Source: an uncultured bacterium (lineage in GTDB: Bacteria > Babelota > Babeliae > Babelales > Babelaceae). Taken from it: 64,000 bases of DNA. Shown here in pieces: positions 42,971 through 53,027 of this stretch. The DNA is taken from assembly GCA_963848965.1 (NCBI GenBank), contig CAWKFG010000004.1:224001-288000 (forward strand), in the 5' to 3' direction. The notes under the pieces are model-generated. The model searched no databases, was not told the DNA's origin, and saw nothing but the letters and a program-made list of their open reading frames with translations. Position 1 is the first letter of the stretch. Each line of letters opens with the position of its first letter. A program made the position numbers and the translations under genes.

Positions 42971-44407
42971 ATGGATACAACTTCTATTCGTGTGCGCTTT
43001 GCGCCATCGCCCACCGGTTTTATGCATTTAGGAAACGTACGAGCGGCACTCATAAATTATTTATTTGCACATCAAAAGAGCGGGACATTTATTTTACGCA
43101 TCGAAGATACAGACGCCCAAAGAATGGTCGATCCTATGGGTGCTCGTATTATGGAAGATATTTCTTGGCTGCATCTAACGTATGACGAAGGTCCTCAAGT
43201 AGGAGGTCCTTATGAACCCTATTATCAATCACAACGTACACAGCTCTATACTCGCTATCTCAACGCAGCCATAGAAAAAAATCTTGTTTATCGTTGCTTT
43301 TGTACTATAGAAGAGCTTGAAAAGAAGAGGCAACGCCAGCTTGCACTAAAACAGCCACCTCGGTATGATCGCTGTTGTCTCCGCTTCAGCCCTGAAGAAA
43401 TTTCACAAAAACTTTCTTCTCATATCCCTTTTATCTGGCGCTTCAAGCTTGATCATGCTAAACAAGTTTCGTTTTACGAACTTGCTCGCAAAACTATGCA
43501 TTTTGAGCTTAAACATTTTTCTGATGTACCAGTAACGCGAGAAGACGGTAGTTTCACCTTTCTCTTTGCCAACTTTATAGACGATGTACAAATGAAAGTA
43601 TCGCACGTCTTTCGGGGTGAAGACCATCTGAGCAACACTGCAGTACAAGTAGCTATGTACGAAGCATTCAATGCTCAAGTACCAACTTTCTGGCATCTGC
43701 CAATTATTACTAACACCGAAGGCAAAAAACTCTCAAAACGTGACTTTGGCTTTTCACTAACAGATCTTAAAAATGAAGGTTATTTACCCCAAGCTATCTG
43801 CAATTACATTATCCTCATGGGTGGCACTTTCCAAAAAGAAATTATGACACTCAGTGAACTTACTCAAGCTCTCAACTTTGACTCTATAACTTCAACGAGC
43901 CAAATAAAATACGATGTAGAGAAGCTCAGATGGGTTAATCACCAATGGATTATGCGATATGATACCAACGAACTCGCCAAACTCTGCAGACCGTACCTTG
44001 ACTCTGCATACTCCACCGTTAACACTCTCTCTGATACTCAATTAGCTACGCTCATCTCCTACATCCAGCCAGAAATTATTACCCTCAAAGAGAGCATCGC
44101 TGCCCTCTCATTCTATTTCACTGTACCTATACCAGAGCCCACTCTCTTTGCAGAGTACCATCTTGCATTGTACCAGCCCCTTTTGCATACACTTATACCA
44201 GAAATTCGTCCTCTGCTTGCACAGCCTGAACAAGCTGTTAAACACTTACAAGCTGCATGTAAAGCCCAAGGAGCTTCTATACGCGAGGTCTTCACTCTTA
44301 TACGCATAGCGCTCACTGGAAAGCCTCAAGGTCTCGGCATCAAAGAGCTATTTGCTCTGCTTGGCCCTGACGAGTCCTACAGGCGCCTAACTACGCTGCT
44401 TAGCTAA
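42971..44407 (+). CDS. gltX: Glutamate--tRNA ligase
   Basis: RVRFAPSPTGFMHLGN, LRIEDTD, RGEDH, KLSKR; start MDTT at 42971. Confidence 0.96.
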   Translation: MDTTSIRVRFAPSPTGFMHLGNVRAALINYLFAHQKSGTFILRIEDTDAQRMVDPMGARIMEDISWLHLTYDEGPQVGGPYEPYYQSQRTQLYTRYLNAAIEKNLVYRCFCTIEELEKKRQRQLALKQPPRYDRCCLRFSPEEISQKLSSHIPFIWRFKLDHAKQVSFYELARKTMHFELKHFSDVPVTREDGSFTFLFANFIDDVQMKVSHVFRGEDHLSNTAVQVAMYEAFNAQVPTFWHLPIITNTEGKKLSKRDFGFSLTDLKNEGYLPQAICNYIILMGGTFQKEIMTLSELTQALNFDSITSTSQIKYDVEKLRWVNHQWIMRYDTNELAKLCRPYLDSAYSTVNTLSDTQLATLISYIQPEIITLKESIAALSFYFTVPIPEPTLFAEYHLALYQPLLHTLIPEIRPLLAQPEQAVKHLQAACKAQGASIREVFTLIRIALTGKPQGLGIKELFALLGPDESYRRLTTLLS

Positions 44408-44411
44408 TTGC

Positions 44412-44817
44412 TAGGGGCTTTGCCCCTATAACCCCAGCAGGGTCACAACCTTGCACCCTCTGGTATCTGCTCAGAGCTAACGCTCCTCGCCCGTCTTTTT
44501 AAAGCAAAAAATCATGCTGATTTTTTGCAATAGCAGTCCCTACGGGAATCTCCGTTCCAGGCGGAACGTGCCTGTTCCGATGACATTGAGTACGAATAAC
44601 CCTTTGGTAGTCTCATATCAACGATGATTCTGTAAACATGGTGTCGTCAGCGAGGGTGTGTTCCACCCTCGATGGAGACTCGCGTAGCGGCGTGCAACTG
44701 CAAAAAATCGGCACGATTTTTTGCTCTAAAAGAACCAGCGCAAGAGCGTAGCTCTGAAGCTAGAAAGCGGGTTGCAAGGGCGGGCCCTTGCCGGGGGTGT
44801 TGGGGGCAGAGCCCTTA
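44412..44817. repeat. ~405-bp imperfect palindrome made of two inverted, diverged multi-hairpin units
   Basis: The left arm (GGGGCTTTGCCCC..GCAAAAAATCATGCTGATTTTTTGC..) aligns with the reverse complement of the right arm (..GCAAAAAATCGGCACGATTTTTTGC..GGGGGCAGAGCCCTT). Confidence 0.85.
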
Positions 44818-44846
44818 ACCTCACAAGCATTGCTTCACGGGAAGAA

Positions 44847-45101
44847 TTAAACAGTCTCAGCAGGATCAAGGAGGCGATTGGGTAATTTAACAAAGTCTGT
44901 TATGATGCCTTCATGCAGGTAGTACTGCATAAGAGAAAGAAAGATGTGTTCTTGGGCTGGAGGTACAAAAAACTCGAATGTGCGTGTTTGCTTGTTGAGT
45001 GTCCGGTCGAATGCGACGTGCTCAAAGCTGCGGAGCGTAGCTACTAGAAACCAGGTATCTTTTTCTTTTACATGAGCTTGATAATAAACACAATACTGCA
45101 T
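44847..45101 (-). CDS. Small protein, DUF4911-like
   Basis: 84 aa; FLVATLRSFEHVAFDRTL..FEFFVP. Confidence 0.65.
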   Translation of the reverse strand: MQYCVYYQAHVKEKDTWFLVATLRSFEHVAFDRTLNKQTRTFEFFVPPAQEHIFLSLMQYYLHEGIITDFVKLPNRLLDPAETV

Positions 45102-45181
45102 AAAATGGATCTTAATTTTTTAAAAATTTAGGGTAATATAAGAGCATACTTTAGTATAAGGGAGTTTTTTTTAAAGAGGAA

Positions 45182-46393
45182 GTGAGCATGACAAAAGATA
45201 ATTCACACAACAAGATTGGTTTATTAACTGCAACGATTATATGCATGAACTCAATGATAGGAGCAGGGATTTTTACTACGCCTGCACAGCTAGCACTTAC
45301 TGCAGGTCCTGCTGGCATTATAACATATCTGTTTGTCATTGCTGCTGTGCTTTTTATGGCACTATCATTAGCACGAGTATCAGCGTTATATCCGCAGGAA
45401 GGGTCTTTTTATGTGTATGCTAAGGCCTGGGGTGGCCACACTATGGGCGTTCTGGCTGCAGGTTCTTATGTTGTTGGAGTTTTAATTGCATTGAGTTTAA
45501 TTACGCAGTTAGCCGCTGGTTATTTGCATGAACTTGTACCTGCATTGAGTGTAAATATGTGGGGCATAGTACTTGTAAGTTCAATTGTAGGGCTCAATGT
45601 TATTGGCGTACGAATGGTCCAAGTTGGACAATTTATTTTGCTCGGTTGTACGTTATTTGCACTTTTAGGAACTACGGTGCTGGGATTAACACACATAAAT
45701 TGGAGTAATTTAACGCCTTTTATGCCGAGCGGCTGGAGTTCTCTGGCGGGTGCTGTTCCTACAGCAATTTTTGCCTTTTTTGGTTTCGAGTCTGCTGCTT
45801 CTCTTTTTAGTGTTGTAAAGAATCCTGAGAGGAATGTTCCTCGAGCATTAACGTATTCTATTTTGGCGGTAGGTGCCATCTATTTAGCGTTTATTTCCTC
45901 AATTATTTTATCAATTCCGAAAGAAGCATTTACGAATGCCCGAATGCCTATCTCAGAAGCGATTATAAAGCTGTTTCCTCAGTATGCTTGGCTTGCAAAA
46001 GCAATTGGTATAGCAATTCTTACAGGGTTCTTGGGAGTACTCCAATCTATGATGTACTCGGTAAGTGCTCTTGCATTCTCGTTCTTTAAATTATTGCATA
46101 ATAAGTATGCTCGAGCAATTACACGATCTGAATATGGTTTTCAGGCAATTATAGTAGGTGTAGGAGCTTTAGTACTACTGAACTTCTTTACTATTAAAAG
46201 CTTAGGTCTCTTCTTTAATCTTACTGCAGTAGGGGTAGTATTTGCGTATGCCTCTTCTATTGTGACTCTATGGCTCAAAGGTCATGATAAGACGATAGGA
46301 CAGAAAATAACAACGTTCTTAGGTCTTGCAACTGCAGCAGGGATATTTATAATTGCCTTTAATGGGTTACTAGGAGAGCTTTTGAAATCTTAA
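45182..46393 (+). CDS. APC family amino acid permease
   Basis: MIGAGIF, AFFGFE, VKNPERNVPRA; about 12 TM helices. Confidence 0.9.
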   Translation: MSMTKDNSHNKIGLLTATIICMNSMIGAGIFTTPAQLALTAGPAGIITYLFVIAAVLFMALSLARVSALYPQEGSFYVYAKAWGGHTMGVLAAGSYVVGVLIALSLITQLAAGYLHELVPALSVNMWGIVLVSSIVGLNVIGVRMVQVGQFILLGCTLFALLGTTVLGLTHINWSNLTPFMPSGWSSLAGAVPTAIFAFFGFESAASLFSVVKNPERNVPRALTYSILAVGAIYLAFISSIILSIPKEAFTNARMPISEAIIKLFPQYAWLAKAIGIAILTGFLGVLQSMMYSVSALAFSFFKLLHNKYARAITRSEYGFQAIIVGVGALVLLNFFTIKSLGLFFNLTAVGVVFAYASSIVTLWLKGHDKTIGQKITTFLGLATAAGIFIIAFNGLLGELLKS

Positions 46394-46466
46394 TTTGACG
46401 AACCCTAAAAATTGATGCTATAAATAATGTGCGTGTTCTTATGCGCATATTAGAAAGGAAGAAGTA

Positions 46467-48101
46467 ATGAACTTTAAGAACTATATAAGGGTGCTTGCAG
46501 CATTTCTTATGGCAAGCTCGTTGCATGCAGAGCTACCAAATGCAACGAACAACGATCCTTATCCACTCTACAGTAGTGTTTATCCTTATTCATATCTGGC
46601 AACAAGGCAAAAAGCACATTTAATGCGATTTGAGTATGCTTATCCTGTTGATAGATTCCGCATTAGTATAAGCGGCTTCGGTCAATTTGCAAATAGAGCA
46701 CGTGACAGTGAGCGTAATGTTATTAATATTGGTGATATTAATGGTAGATGGAATATGCTTGCCCTCTTTTATGATCCACCACTACAAACACAGCTTTTTA
46801 GTATATTGGGTATCCCTGCAAATTTAAAAGATACAAAGCCAATATGTTTTGCAGACATTACAGACCCGCGTAAAATAGATCCTAATGAAGAGTTTGGCTT
46901 CTTTACTATTCCAGCTTGGTACCGCAAATATGGTGCTCGTTTTGAAAGTGAAATTCTTCTTATTGATAAGTGCTTTTATAGTGTTGGGCTAAAAGTACAA
47001 TTTGGTATCGCAGACGTACGACAAACGGTAATGAGATTTGACGATTTAACATGCCAAGCATTAGGGGTTGCATGCCCTACTAATGGGTGTCAAGAAGATC
47101 CTGCAAATAATTGTAAATCTGGTGTTCCTAACCCGCCACCGTTTCCTGATCCAACACCGATTACACCTCCATTTACCGATCCAAACTTTCAAGCTCCATG
47201 TCCTCCAACGAGTCCTAATTGCCTAGGTCCTTCATTTCCAGCAGCGCCAAAAGAATGCATAACGTTACCTCAGACATTTGTACCATGTGCAGATTCTACG
47301 TGCTGCTTCTCCTTTGATTGTGACTGTAAACGGCTTGTTATAGAAAATATTATGAAACAACGAGATTTAATTGCAGATTTTCTGGGCCTTGATATTTGTA
47401 ACTATCATAAGATTGGTGTAGAAGATTTGCGTATCGATCTGTTTTGGAGAGAGATTTTTGTGATAAACCAAGAGAGTGAAATATATCCACGGCTTTTGTT
47501 TATGCCGTTTGCTGAACTAGGCTTTGGTATCCCTATGGAGAAAGCAAAACCAGTAAATAAACCCTTTGCAGTCCCTATAGGTAATAATGGCCATGCAAGT
47601 CTTGGCGGTAAATTTGGCTTTACGTTGGATTTTTTGGACACTATAGATTTGAGTTTTGTAGGTGGTTTTAGTTACTTCTTTAAGCAGGACTATTGCAACT
47701 ATAGATTGCCTACTCATCCACAAGAAAGTGGCATCTTCCCTTATACGGCTGATGTTACCATACGGCCTGGTCCTACATGGTTCTTTGCAGCAGGTATGCA
47801 TGCCTTTCACTTTTTAGACAATCTTTCTGTATGGGCAGAATATGTACTCACGAGCCATGCACAAGATAAGATTCAAGTATGTAGATCCTTTATTCCCTCT
47901 ACTTCAAACTATTTTAAAACAGGTTTTGACGTAGAACTAGCAGAATGCTTCACTAAGTGGGAATCTCATTTATTTAATATAGGGTTTAATTACGATCTTT
48001 CGGATCATCTATCTGCTGGCCTTGCATTCCAAATTCCTGTAAGACAAAGAAATGCTTATGTTTCAAGTATGGTATTAGGAACATTAACCTTTGTTTATTA
48101 A
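46467..48101 (+). CDS. Putative outer-membrane beta-barrel protein with a Cys/Pro-rich insertion
   Basis: Signal peptide, alternating beta-strand patterns, terminal aromatic residue (GTLTFVY), central Cys/Pro-rich loop. Confidence 0.6.
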   Translation: MNFKNYIRVLAAFLMASSLHAELPNATNNDPYPLYSSVYPYSYLATRQKAHLMRFEYAYPVDRFRISISGFGQFANRARDSERNVINIGDINGRWNMLALFYDPPLQTQLFSILGIPANLKDTKPICFADITDPRKIDPNEEFGFFTIPAWYRKYGARFESEILLIDKCFYSVGLKVQFGIADVRQTVMRFDDLTCQALGVACPTNGCQEDPANNCKSGVPNPPPFPDPTPITPPFTDPNFQAPCPPTSPNCLGPSFPAAPKECITLPQTFVPCADSTCCFSFDCDCKRLVIENIMKQRDLIADFLGLDICNYHKIGVEDLRIDLFWREIFVINQESEIYPRLLFMPFAELGFGIPMEKAKPVNKPFAVPIGNNGHASLGGKFGFTLDFLDTIDLSFVGGFSYFFKQDYCNYRLPTHPQESGIFPYTADVTIRPGPTWFFAAGMHAFHFLDNLSVWAEYVLTSHAQDKIQVCRSFIPSTSNYFKTGFDVELAECFTKWESHLFNIGFNYDLSDHLSAGLAFQIPVRQRNAYVSSMVLGTLTFVY

Positions 48102-48202
48102 AGAGAGCAGAAAATACAAAGCGGAGCTCATATTGAATTTCTCTGAGCAGTAGAGTAAAATAAGTTATGTCTTATTTTTCTAAAAAAATTTCTGGAAATT
48201 GT

Positions 48203-49036
48203 ATGATAAAAAAACTTTTTCTTTTCTTATTGGTAGGATTTTATTGTAATTCTATTGCTAAGGTAATCATTTGGGATCTAGGAGGAGTAATTTGTGCTAC
48301 TAATAAATGGGGAATGGCATATGAAATTGGGTTGTTTAAGCCCTTCATGTATTTGCTCCTTGACTGGAAGAATCCTGCCAAGATTCAAAAGCTTCTTTTT
48401 CAGATTTTAAGTGAGGTTGAAACTCCAGAAATTCCTGATTTTAAGTTAGCAGTTATCGCAGATGGAACACCAATGCCTTACATTGTATGCCAATACCAAG
48501 CTGGCAAAAAGCGAGGTCCTGACGCTATAGCACAAGCAAAACAGTATATTGAAAAGCTGCCAGAAAACAGATTCAGTAGTAATCGAGAAAAGGACTTGAT
48601 TATACGAACAATAGAAGTTATGTTCAATCCAGATATTCTTGCACGAAATACGTATATGATCCCTGAAGGAGTCGCACTTTTTAAAGAAGTATGTGAAGCT
48701 CGTAATGCTGATAATAGCACGAAAAACAAGTGTATTGCCTGCTCTAACTGGGATGCTGTCTCTTTTCACAAATTTGCCCTTGCACATGAGAATGTCTTTA
48801 ACCTTTTTGAAGGACGTATAGAAATATCGGGCATTAATCATCTTCTAAAGCCTAATCCTGAGACGTATATCGCTCTTTTGAAAAAGTATTCGCTCAATCC
48901 CGAAGATTGCCTATTCATAGACGACCAAGAGATTAATGTGCAAGCAGCTCAAGCAGTAGGTATCCCTTCTTTATGTCTAAAAAATGGAAATTATAGAATC
49001 TTACGAGACGAACTACAGAGAAGAGAAGTTATATAA
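48203..49036 (+). CDS. HAD superfamily hydrolase with a signal-like N-terminus
   Basis: WDLGGV, SN, KPNPETY, FIDD..N. Confidence 0.85.
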   Translation: MIKKLFLFLLVGFYCNSIAKVIIWDLGGVICATNKWGMAYEIGLFKPFMYLLLDWKNPAKIQKLLFQILSEVETPEIPDFKLAVIADGTPMPYIVCQYQAGKKRGPDAIAQAKQYIEKLPENRFSSNREKDLIIRTIEVMFNPDILARNTYMIPEGVALFKEVCEARNADNSTKNKCIACSNWDAVSFHKFALAHENVFNLFEGRIEISGINHLLKPNPETYIALLKKYSLNPEDCLFIDDQEINVQAAQAVGIPSLCLKNGNYRILRDELQRREVI

Positions 49037-49047
49037 AGCCAGTTTGT

Positions 49048-49075
49048 TTGCAAAAAATGGACATTTTGTTATACT
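49048..49075 (+). promoter_or_regulatory. Sigma70 promoter of the rpsU operon
   Basis: TTGCAA-N16-TATACT with an extended TG. Confidence 0.5.
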
Positions 49076-49161
49076 AATAATAGCTTTAAAAAAGAATATT
49101 TCTTTATAGAAGCTGAAATAGATGATGTACCCCTATTTTATGAAAGGATAAAGATCGTATT

Positions 49162-49371
49162 ATGAGTAAAAAGGCAAATATATCGATTATGGTAAATGAC
49201 AATGTAGAGCGCGCACTGAAACAACTTAAGAAAAAAATAGAGCGCGAAGGTGTTGTAAGAGATATGAAACGTATTGTTTATCACGAACCACCTACCCAAA
49301 AGCGCCGTAAACGTCTTATGCGTGCTATTAAGCAAAATTGGATTCGTATGGCTTCCCAAAAATTTATGTAA
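49162..49371 (+). CDS. rpsU: 30S ribosomal protein S21
   Basis: VERALKQLKKKIEREG..YHEPPTQKRR. Confidence 0.92.
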   Translation: MSKKANISIMVNDNVERALKQLKKKIEREGVVRDMKRIVYHEPPTQKRRKRLMRAIKQNWIRMASQKFM

Positions 49372-49377
49372 GGTACC

Positions 49378-49746
49378 ATGGCCTCCTCATCAGTAAGCAC
49401 TATAAAAAGAGCTCAGAAAGAATCACTTCTCTTTCGAAAAATTTCTCAGCTTTTTGCCCAAACAGCTCTTGATGATACACGTCTTCAAGAGATCTGTATA
49501 AACCGTGTCAAACTCTCTCCTGATAAAGGAGTCTGTACTGTTTATTTTTATACTACAGAAGGAGAAGCTCGTTTTCAAGAACTTCTTCCTATTTTAGTAC
49601 TTTACAAGCCTTCATTAAGAAAAGCGCTTGCCTCAAGCATTAAATCACGTTATACTCCTGAGCTTGTTTTTGCATTTGATAAGAACTTTGAAAAACAATG
49701 CCGTCTTGAAAACATTCTTGAAAACATAAAAACAGAAAACGAATGA
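49378..49746 (+). CDS. rbfA: Ribosome-binding factor A
   Basis: VKLSPD..CTVYF, RYTPELVF.FD. Confidence 0.9.
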   Translation: MASSSVSTIKRAQKESLLFRKISQLFAQTALDDTRLQEICINRVKLSPDKGVCTVYFYTTEGEARFQELLPILVLYKPSLRKALASSIKSRYTPELVFAFDKNFEKQCRLENILENIKTENE

Positions 49747-50492
49747 TCTTTCTTTTGTTGTCATTTCTTCTCTTTTTATGCTGGGGCTCCTTCCTCAACG
49801 TTGTAGGATATCGCATTATTCACGGATATAGCCTTGTTCTTCCTCGCTCGTTCTGTCCAAGTTGTCATACTACTATTAAGTGGTATGACCTTATCCCTTT
49901 TTTCTCGTGGTTTATTTTACGAGGAAAGTGTAGAGCTTGTAAAACACAGATATCTCCTTTATATCCGCTTATAGAGCTTCTTACTGCAGTTGTACTAACG
50001 GGGCTCATTGTTTTTATTGAACCACGATATTGGATCTCGTATGGTATCTTTTTTTCAGCACTCATAGTCACCATAAGAACAGATGCAGAAACTATGCTTA
50101 TTGCTCGTTCTATGACCTTAGGACTAGTGCCTGTTGCCCTTGCATTAAGCGCATTTGGATTACTTTCTCTTTCACTACTTGAAAGTATAGGTGGTGCCCT
50201 TTTTGGTTATGGTATCTTGTGGAGTATTGCACAATTGTTTTATCTTCTAAGAAAGCAAGAGGGTATGGGCGAAGGAGATTTTGACTTATTAAGTATGATT
50301 GGCGCATTTACAGGTATTTTTGGATCCTGGATAACATTGCTTATTGGGGCTTTCCTAGGTACTCTAGCAGGTATACTTATCTTAGCACAAGGAGCTGATC
50401 GCTCTACAAAGATAGCCTTTGGACCCTGGCTTGCACTTGGCGGAATTATCTATACATTTATACAAGAATGGTTATATAACTTTTTACTCTAA
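49743..50492 (+). CDS. pilD: Type IV prepilin peptidase (A24)
   Basis: GSFLNVV, RSFCPSC, LRGKCRAC, YPLIE, MGEGD, FGPWL. Confidence 0.93.
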   Translation: MIFLLLSFLLFLCWGSFLNVVGYRIIHGYSLVLPRSFCPSCHTTIKWYDLIPFFSWFILRGKCRACKTQISPLYPLIELLTAVVLTGLIVFIEPRYWISYGIFFSALIVTIRTDAETMLIARSMTLGLVPVALALSAFGLLSLSLLESIGGALFGYGILWSIAQLFYLLRKQEGMGEGDFDLLSMIGAFTGIFGSWITLLIGAFLGTLAGILILAQGADRSTKIAFGPWLALGGIIYTFIQEWLYNFLL

Positions 50493-50501
50493 AGGAATTT
50501 T

Positions 50502-50846
50502 ATGATGATGCTTTTAAAAGTATTCGCTGGCAGTCTACTTACAGTTGTAGCTCCTTTGTACGGTATGAAAAGTAAAAAAAAGCAACGCCCCTTGGACCCT
50601 AAGTATGTAATAATGAGTGGCGAAGGAGCATATCCAAAACCCTACACGCTAACAAACGATCTCTTTTCCTTTGCGCAGCGTGATCTAAAACAAATGGAAG
50701 CTATAGGGAGCAATGACAAAATCTCAATTGTTGTAGCACTTGATCTACATAAGAAGGTTACATCTTTCACTGTGCAATCTTCGCTTTCTCAAGAATCATC
50801 AGAAACATCTTCTACAAAAGGACCAACGCAAGAAAGTAAAGAGTAG
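50502..50846 (+). CDS. Short secreted protein resembling a clostripain (C11) N-terminal fragment
   Basis: NDLFSFAQRDLKQMEAIGSNDKISIVVALD; no catalytic region follows. Confidence 0.5.
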   Translation: MMMLLKVFAGSLLTVVAPLYGMKSKKKQRPLDPKYVIMSGEGAYPKPYTLTNDLFSFAQRDLKQMEAIGSNDKISIVVALDLHKKVTSFTVQSSLSQESSETSSTKGPTQESKE

Positions 50847-50858
50847 CTCTTTAAACGC

Positions 50859-51320
50859 CTACATAAGATCATCTTTTACAATCTTAATAACATTATCTTG
50901 ATCGATAGAAAGTATATCAGGCTCTCCATCACCATCAATGTCTCCAGCTGCATAAGCTGTAAAGCCGTCAGAAGTTATGTGAGCACCTTGTAATGCAGAA
51001 GCTGGCGTTTTAAGTTGTCCAACAAAGTGATTGTGCCCTGCTGCACCACTAAAGCCATAGGTATAATTGTAATTTCCCTCAGGCTTCCAACTAAGTCCCT
51101 GTGCACCAAAAAGATTCGTTGTATAGTGGCCAAACTCTGCAAAATATGCCTTTTGTGCTAATGCAAGTGACCGCAGAACAACATATGCTTCTGCTCGTTT
51201 TGCCTTTGCAACAAGCTTCATAAGGCTCGGTGTAACAATAACTGATAAGCAAGCAATAATTGCAACTACAATCATAAGTTCAATAAGAGAAAATCCCCTA
51301 CGCTTACAAAAGCTTTTCAC
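50859..51320 (-). CDS. Type IV pilin-like protein
   Basis: Class III signal KRRG|FSLIELMIVVAII; AKRAEA; DIDGDG. Confidence 0.9.
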   Translation of the reverse strand: MKSFCKRRGFSLIELMIVVAIIACLSVIVTPSLMKLVAKAKRAEAYVVLRSLALAQKAYFAEFGHYTTNLFGAQGLSWKPEGNYNYTYGFSGAAGHNHFVGQLKTPASALQGAHITSDGFTAYAAGDIDGDGEPDILSIDQDNVIKIVKDDLM

Positions 51321-51504
51321 ATTCCCTCACTTTTCTTCCTGACAAGAAATGCAGCTACCATGAGAATTATTCTTTCGCTTATCTTCAAAGTAACAGAAAG
51401 AAGATCACAATCGTCAAGAATTACATAGAGAATATAAAGCATTCCTTTAATTTTTTATTCTTTTGTCAATTTAAAAACAGATACCCTACCCCTGAATTTA
51501 TATT

Positions 51505-51533
51505 TTGACATATTTCAAATTTTGGGTTATGAT
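51505..51533 (+). promoter_or_regulatory. Sigma70 promoter of the folC-atp unit
   Basis: TTGACA-N17-TATGAT. Confidence 0.7.
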
Positions 51534-51581
51534 CAGTTACTAGTAAAGCAGTTAACCTTCAAACCCTAACACCATAAACTC

Positions 51582-53021
51582 ATGGAGAATATTATGATGG
51601 AAACCCGCAGACAAACGGTATCGACATCAAAGAATGTAATCCAAGGCAAGCAGCGTAATTATAACGATGTAGTAGAGTATTTGGATAAACATTGGTCCTC
51701 CAAATATCAAGCTAAGAATCTTGATCGCATGAAGCAACTTGACCTTGCTTGCAGCACCCCTTCTCAAAAAATTAACGCGATACTTGTTGCTGGTACCAAC
51801 GGAAAAAGTTTAACTATCCATTTGACAGCAAAATTACTTAAAACAGAAGGACTTAAAGTAGGTACCTTCTATTCCCCTCATATTCTTACCTATAATGAAC
51901 GTCTTGCTATTAACCATGAGACAGTTTCAAACAAAGTGTTTGCAGAACTAGGGAATGATGTTATTAACTTAGCAGAACAGCTTGGCTTTGAGCCACATAG
52001 TTCTGAAGTTCTTACTATGATGGCTCTTCTTTATTTTGTAAATCAAAGTGTTGATGTAGCAGTATTAGAAGTAAGTGAAGGTGGTAGCTACAATCCTGTT
52101 AATCTTTGTGCAGCAAAAGTAGCAACAATTACACGTGTAACTCCACGTGATGTACTGACAAGTGATGAGCAATTGCAAGCGCTTATCAGTGACATGATGG
52201 GTATTGTAAAGCAAGGAACATGGATTGTATCTGGAGATCAAAGCAAAGCTCATCTACAGTGTATGCAAGAGCTTACAACTGCTCAAGGCGGAAACTGGGC
52301 TATGCCTATTCGTAAGCTTGCTCCACTCGCCTATCCATTTGAGCAGCTTCATGGTCGTTGTGCTGCCCTTGCAGAGCGTCTTGCTCAAATGTTTATTGAA
52401 TACTTCTATAATAAAGATGTTACTATTACAGCAGATAGCCTCTTAAGTAAACAAAAAGGACTTCGTGGCCGTCCTACATTAGAAGCAAAAAGACAATCAG
52501 AACTACATCCTAAAAAAACTCTTGATCAGTTTTGGAAAGAAGAAATTAATGAGCTACCAGGCCGTTTCCAACTTCTTGATAAAGAGAAGCCATCTATTCT
52601 GCTTGATACAGCAAGTAATATCGATGCGTTCAAAAATATCCTTCTAGGAGTACGTCTTCTGCATTATCAACGTCCACTGAAAGGGCTTACCATTATTCTT
52701 TCAGCTGCACAAGATACCTTACATAATGAAGAGTTTTTAAAACTTATTCGTTACTTCTTTAAAAAGACATCTGGACAGCTCCTTATTTGTCCTTTAGAGC
52801 CATCTTTAGAAGGTGTTGGTGAAAAAGAATCATGGGATATCGAAAAAGTCACCAATGATGTTAAAAGTATGAAAGTTAAAGCACGTTCATGCAAGAACTT
52901 TGAAGAAGCATTTGATGTTGCTAAAAAGTCTGTTGACGAGCGGTATGGCCTTATTGTTATTACCGGATCTCATTCAGTTGTTAACAGTTATTGGCGTCAC
53001 AAAGGCATCAAGAAATTTTAA
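51582..53021 (+). CDS. folC: FolC-like folylpolyglutamate synthase / Mur ligase family protein (divergent)
   Basis: VAGTNGKS, SPHI..NER, VAVLEV..GG, PGRF, ITGS. Confidence 0.75.
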   Translation: MENIMMETRRQTVSTSKNVIQGKQRNYNDVVEYLDKHWSSKYQAKNLDRMKQLDLACSTPSQKINAILVAGTNGKSLTIHLTAKLLKTEGLKVGTFYSPHILTYNERLAINHETVSNKVFAELGNDVINLAEQLGFEPHSSEVLTMMALLYFVNQSVDVAVLEVSEGGSYNPVNLCAAKVATITRVTPRDVLTSDEQLQALISDMMGIVKQGTWIVSGDQSKAHLQCMQELTTAQGGNWAMPIRKLAPLAYPFEQLHGRCAALAERLAQMFIEYFYNKDVTITADSLLSKQKGLRGRPTLEAKRQSELHPKKTLDQFWKEEINELPGRFQLLDKEKPSILLDTASNIDAFKNILLGVRLLHYQRPLKGLTIILSAAQDTLHNEEFLKLIRYFFKKTSGQLLICPLEPSLEGVGEKESWDIEKVTNDVKSMKVKARSCKNFEEAFDVAKKSVDERYGLIVITGSHSVVNSYWRHKGIKKF

Positions 53022-53027
53022 GAGCCT

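Noticed and set aside
44412..44817. Palindromic element as tmRNA, RNase P RNA or tRNA
   Set aside because: It starts with GGGGC but has no tRNA-like T-arm/CCA end, no tag ORF and no GAGGAAAGTCC RNase P motif; whole-length inverted symmetry fits none of these
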